Source of the DNA: Felis catus
Taxonomy: Eukaryota
Reading direction: 5' to 3'
DNA length: 64,000 nucleotides
Assembly: GCF_018350175.1 (NCBI RefSeq)
Contig: NC_058368.1
Location: forward strand, 20,090,001-20,154,000
The first letter of the stretch is position 1, and each line of letters begins with the position of its first letter. This document shows positions 62,401 to 64,000 of this stretch, piece by piece. Position numbers and translations under genes: made by a program. The notes beneath the pieces were generated by a model that had not been told where the DNA came from, did no database searches, and saw only the letters and a list, made by a program, of their open reading frames with translations.

Positions 62401-63418
62401 GTAATTCTCGAATGGGGTCTATGGAAACCCTGTTAATCATCATATTCGGTTAGCCAGGGACCCTGACTATACCTGACAACAAAGAATCAACTGGAATCAG
62501 TTCCCTTTCTCTGGAGGATAGCCACACTTGCATTTCTCACTTTCCTGCCAGTTGTGACTTTTGTGAGTCTCTCTTTTAAGGCAGAAACGCCTGTCTTTCT
62601 ATCACACGCCTATTTGTTCTTCGTGACCCGGCTCAGATGGCATGTCTTCCGGGGCGTCTTTCTGTTCAGCCAGTGGAATAAATCATTCCCTGCCCTGTGC
62701 TAATTTATGTCACATAAATACACTTGCTGCCCTGCACGAGAGTGTCTTTCTGTGTGCATTGTTCCTGTGACACTGACCTGCTCGCGTTCAGAGCTTTCCT
62801 TATCTGTCTGGATGCTGAGTTCTTGAACCGCATCATTCAAGAACTGAGTTTTTGAATCGGCACTGCAGCCGATCTCATGTGGCTGAAGAAGACCAGGGAT
62901 ATATGCATTTCTGTGATATTCTTGCTGAGGAAAATCAAGCCGGCCAGCAGGGTCACGAGAGTTGTTTGGGCAGGGGACAGGATGTGGATGGGGCGTGGGG
63001 AACGGGATGCATGACTGGTGCCTTGTGACCTGGGGTCTTCAGCATTAACCTTTACCTGCCACCCCGAGCTTCTAGCTCAAAGGAAGCTCTCACCAGCACT
63101 GTGTTGGTATTCGTTCTTGGATTTCCTAAAACATATTGATTTATACAAGGCTAATGCCCATCCTTTTTTATTGGTATCTTATTCTAAGACAGAGAAGGAA
63201 AAGCGATGTGCGTGAGTGTGTGTGTTCGCATGGAGTTGGTAGGTTGGTTCCGAGGCCAGGTTTTGAGCCGGAGGCCCTGAGTGCAAGCTATGTTGACCTC
63301 AACCTGGTTGACCTCAACCTGAGCTTGAGTCCCAAATCTGCAACTTACTAGCTATGTGACCTTGGGCAAGTCGTGTAAACTCTCTGTGCCTATTGGCTCA
63401 TCTATAAAATAGGGATGA

Positions 63419-63620
63419 GAGAGCCTGGGTGGTTCAGTTGGTTAAGCATCTGACTCTTGGTTTCAGCTCAGGTCATGATTTCACAGTTTGTGGGTTTGAG
63501 CCCCGTGTCGGGCTCCTCGCTGACAGTGTGGAGCCTGCTTGAGATTCTCTCTCCCTCTCTCTCTGCCCCTCCCCTGCTTGCTCTCTATGTCTCTCTGTCA
63601 AAATAAATAAACTTAAAAAA
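63419..63620 (+). mobile_element. Can-SINE inserted into a MIR (~63320-63660)
   Basis: Perfect 15-bp TSD ataaaatagggatga at 63404-63418 and 63621-63635. Confidence 0.93.
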
Positions 63621-63823
63621 ATAAAATAGGGATGATGATATAATTCCATCACATATCCAGGGCTAGCAATTGCATGTGGTTTCTCTGAACATCAGAAGAC
63701 ATAATGGCAATTTTGTTGTCATAACAATTAAATTACTACTTGGAAGGTGCTTCGGACATTTCCTGGCACCTGGTAGGCACTGCAGAAGGGCTTGTGACAT
63801 GAAATTGGAAAAACTGCCACGGA

Positions 63824-64000
63824 GGGGCCCCTGGATGGCTCAGTCGGTTAAACATCGAACTGTGGTTCAGATCATGATCTTACGCTCCATGAGTTCGAGC
63901 CCTGTGTTGGGCTCAGAGCCTGGAGCCTGCTTCGGATTCTATGTCTCCCTCTCTCTGCCCCTCCCGCCACTTGCGCTCTGTCTGTCTCTCTCTCAAAAAT
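63824..64000 (+). mobile_element. Can-SINE, cut by the window end
   Basis: ggggcccctggatggctcagtcggttaa...gagttcgagccc...(CT)n aaaaat. Confidence 0.9.

Noticed and set aside
63292..63321. 15-bp tandem duplication (similar small ones at ~2490-2517 and ~29523-29544)
   Set aside because: Ordinary slippage duplications with no sign of function.

Overview
Mammalian nuclear DNA, almost certainly felid (felid-type Can-SINEs and L1_Fc-type 3' ends), containing two convergent protein-coding genes. On +, the last 14 coding exons of INTS6 (Integrator subunit 6/DDX26; exons 5-18 by recalled human numbering) span 526-31514. They total 2235 nt = 744 aa + stop, all introns are GT-AG and the frame is intact; a poly(A) signal lies at 32028. 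On -, seven coding exons of SERPINE3 span 59288->33038 (947 nt, frame intact, Arg-Ser reactive centre); its signal-peptide exon was not found in the window. The stop codons are about 1.5 kb apart. Introns are rich in Can-SINEs, old and young L1 fragments, L2, MIR and DNA-transposon relics. I see no evidence of a new gene or multi-gene system. The best leads are retrotransposition footprints (an L1 3' transduction, parallel nested L1 insertions, an orphan TSD-flanked insert, a bare poly(A) insert), a near-palindromic bidirectional poly(A) element between the genes, and SERPINE3 C-terminal details. Gene and repeat family names come from recalled sequences, not database searches; boundaries of old repeats are approximate.
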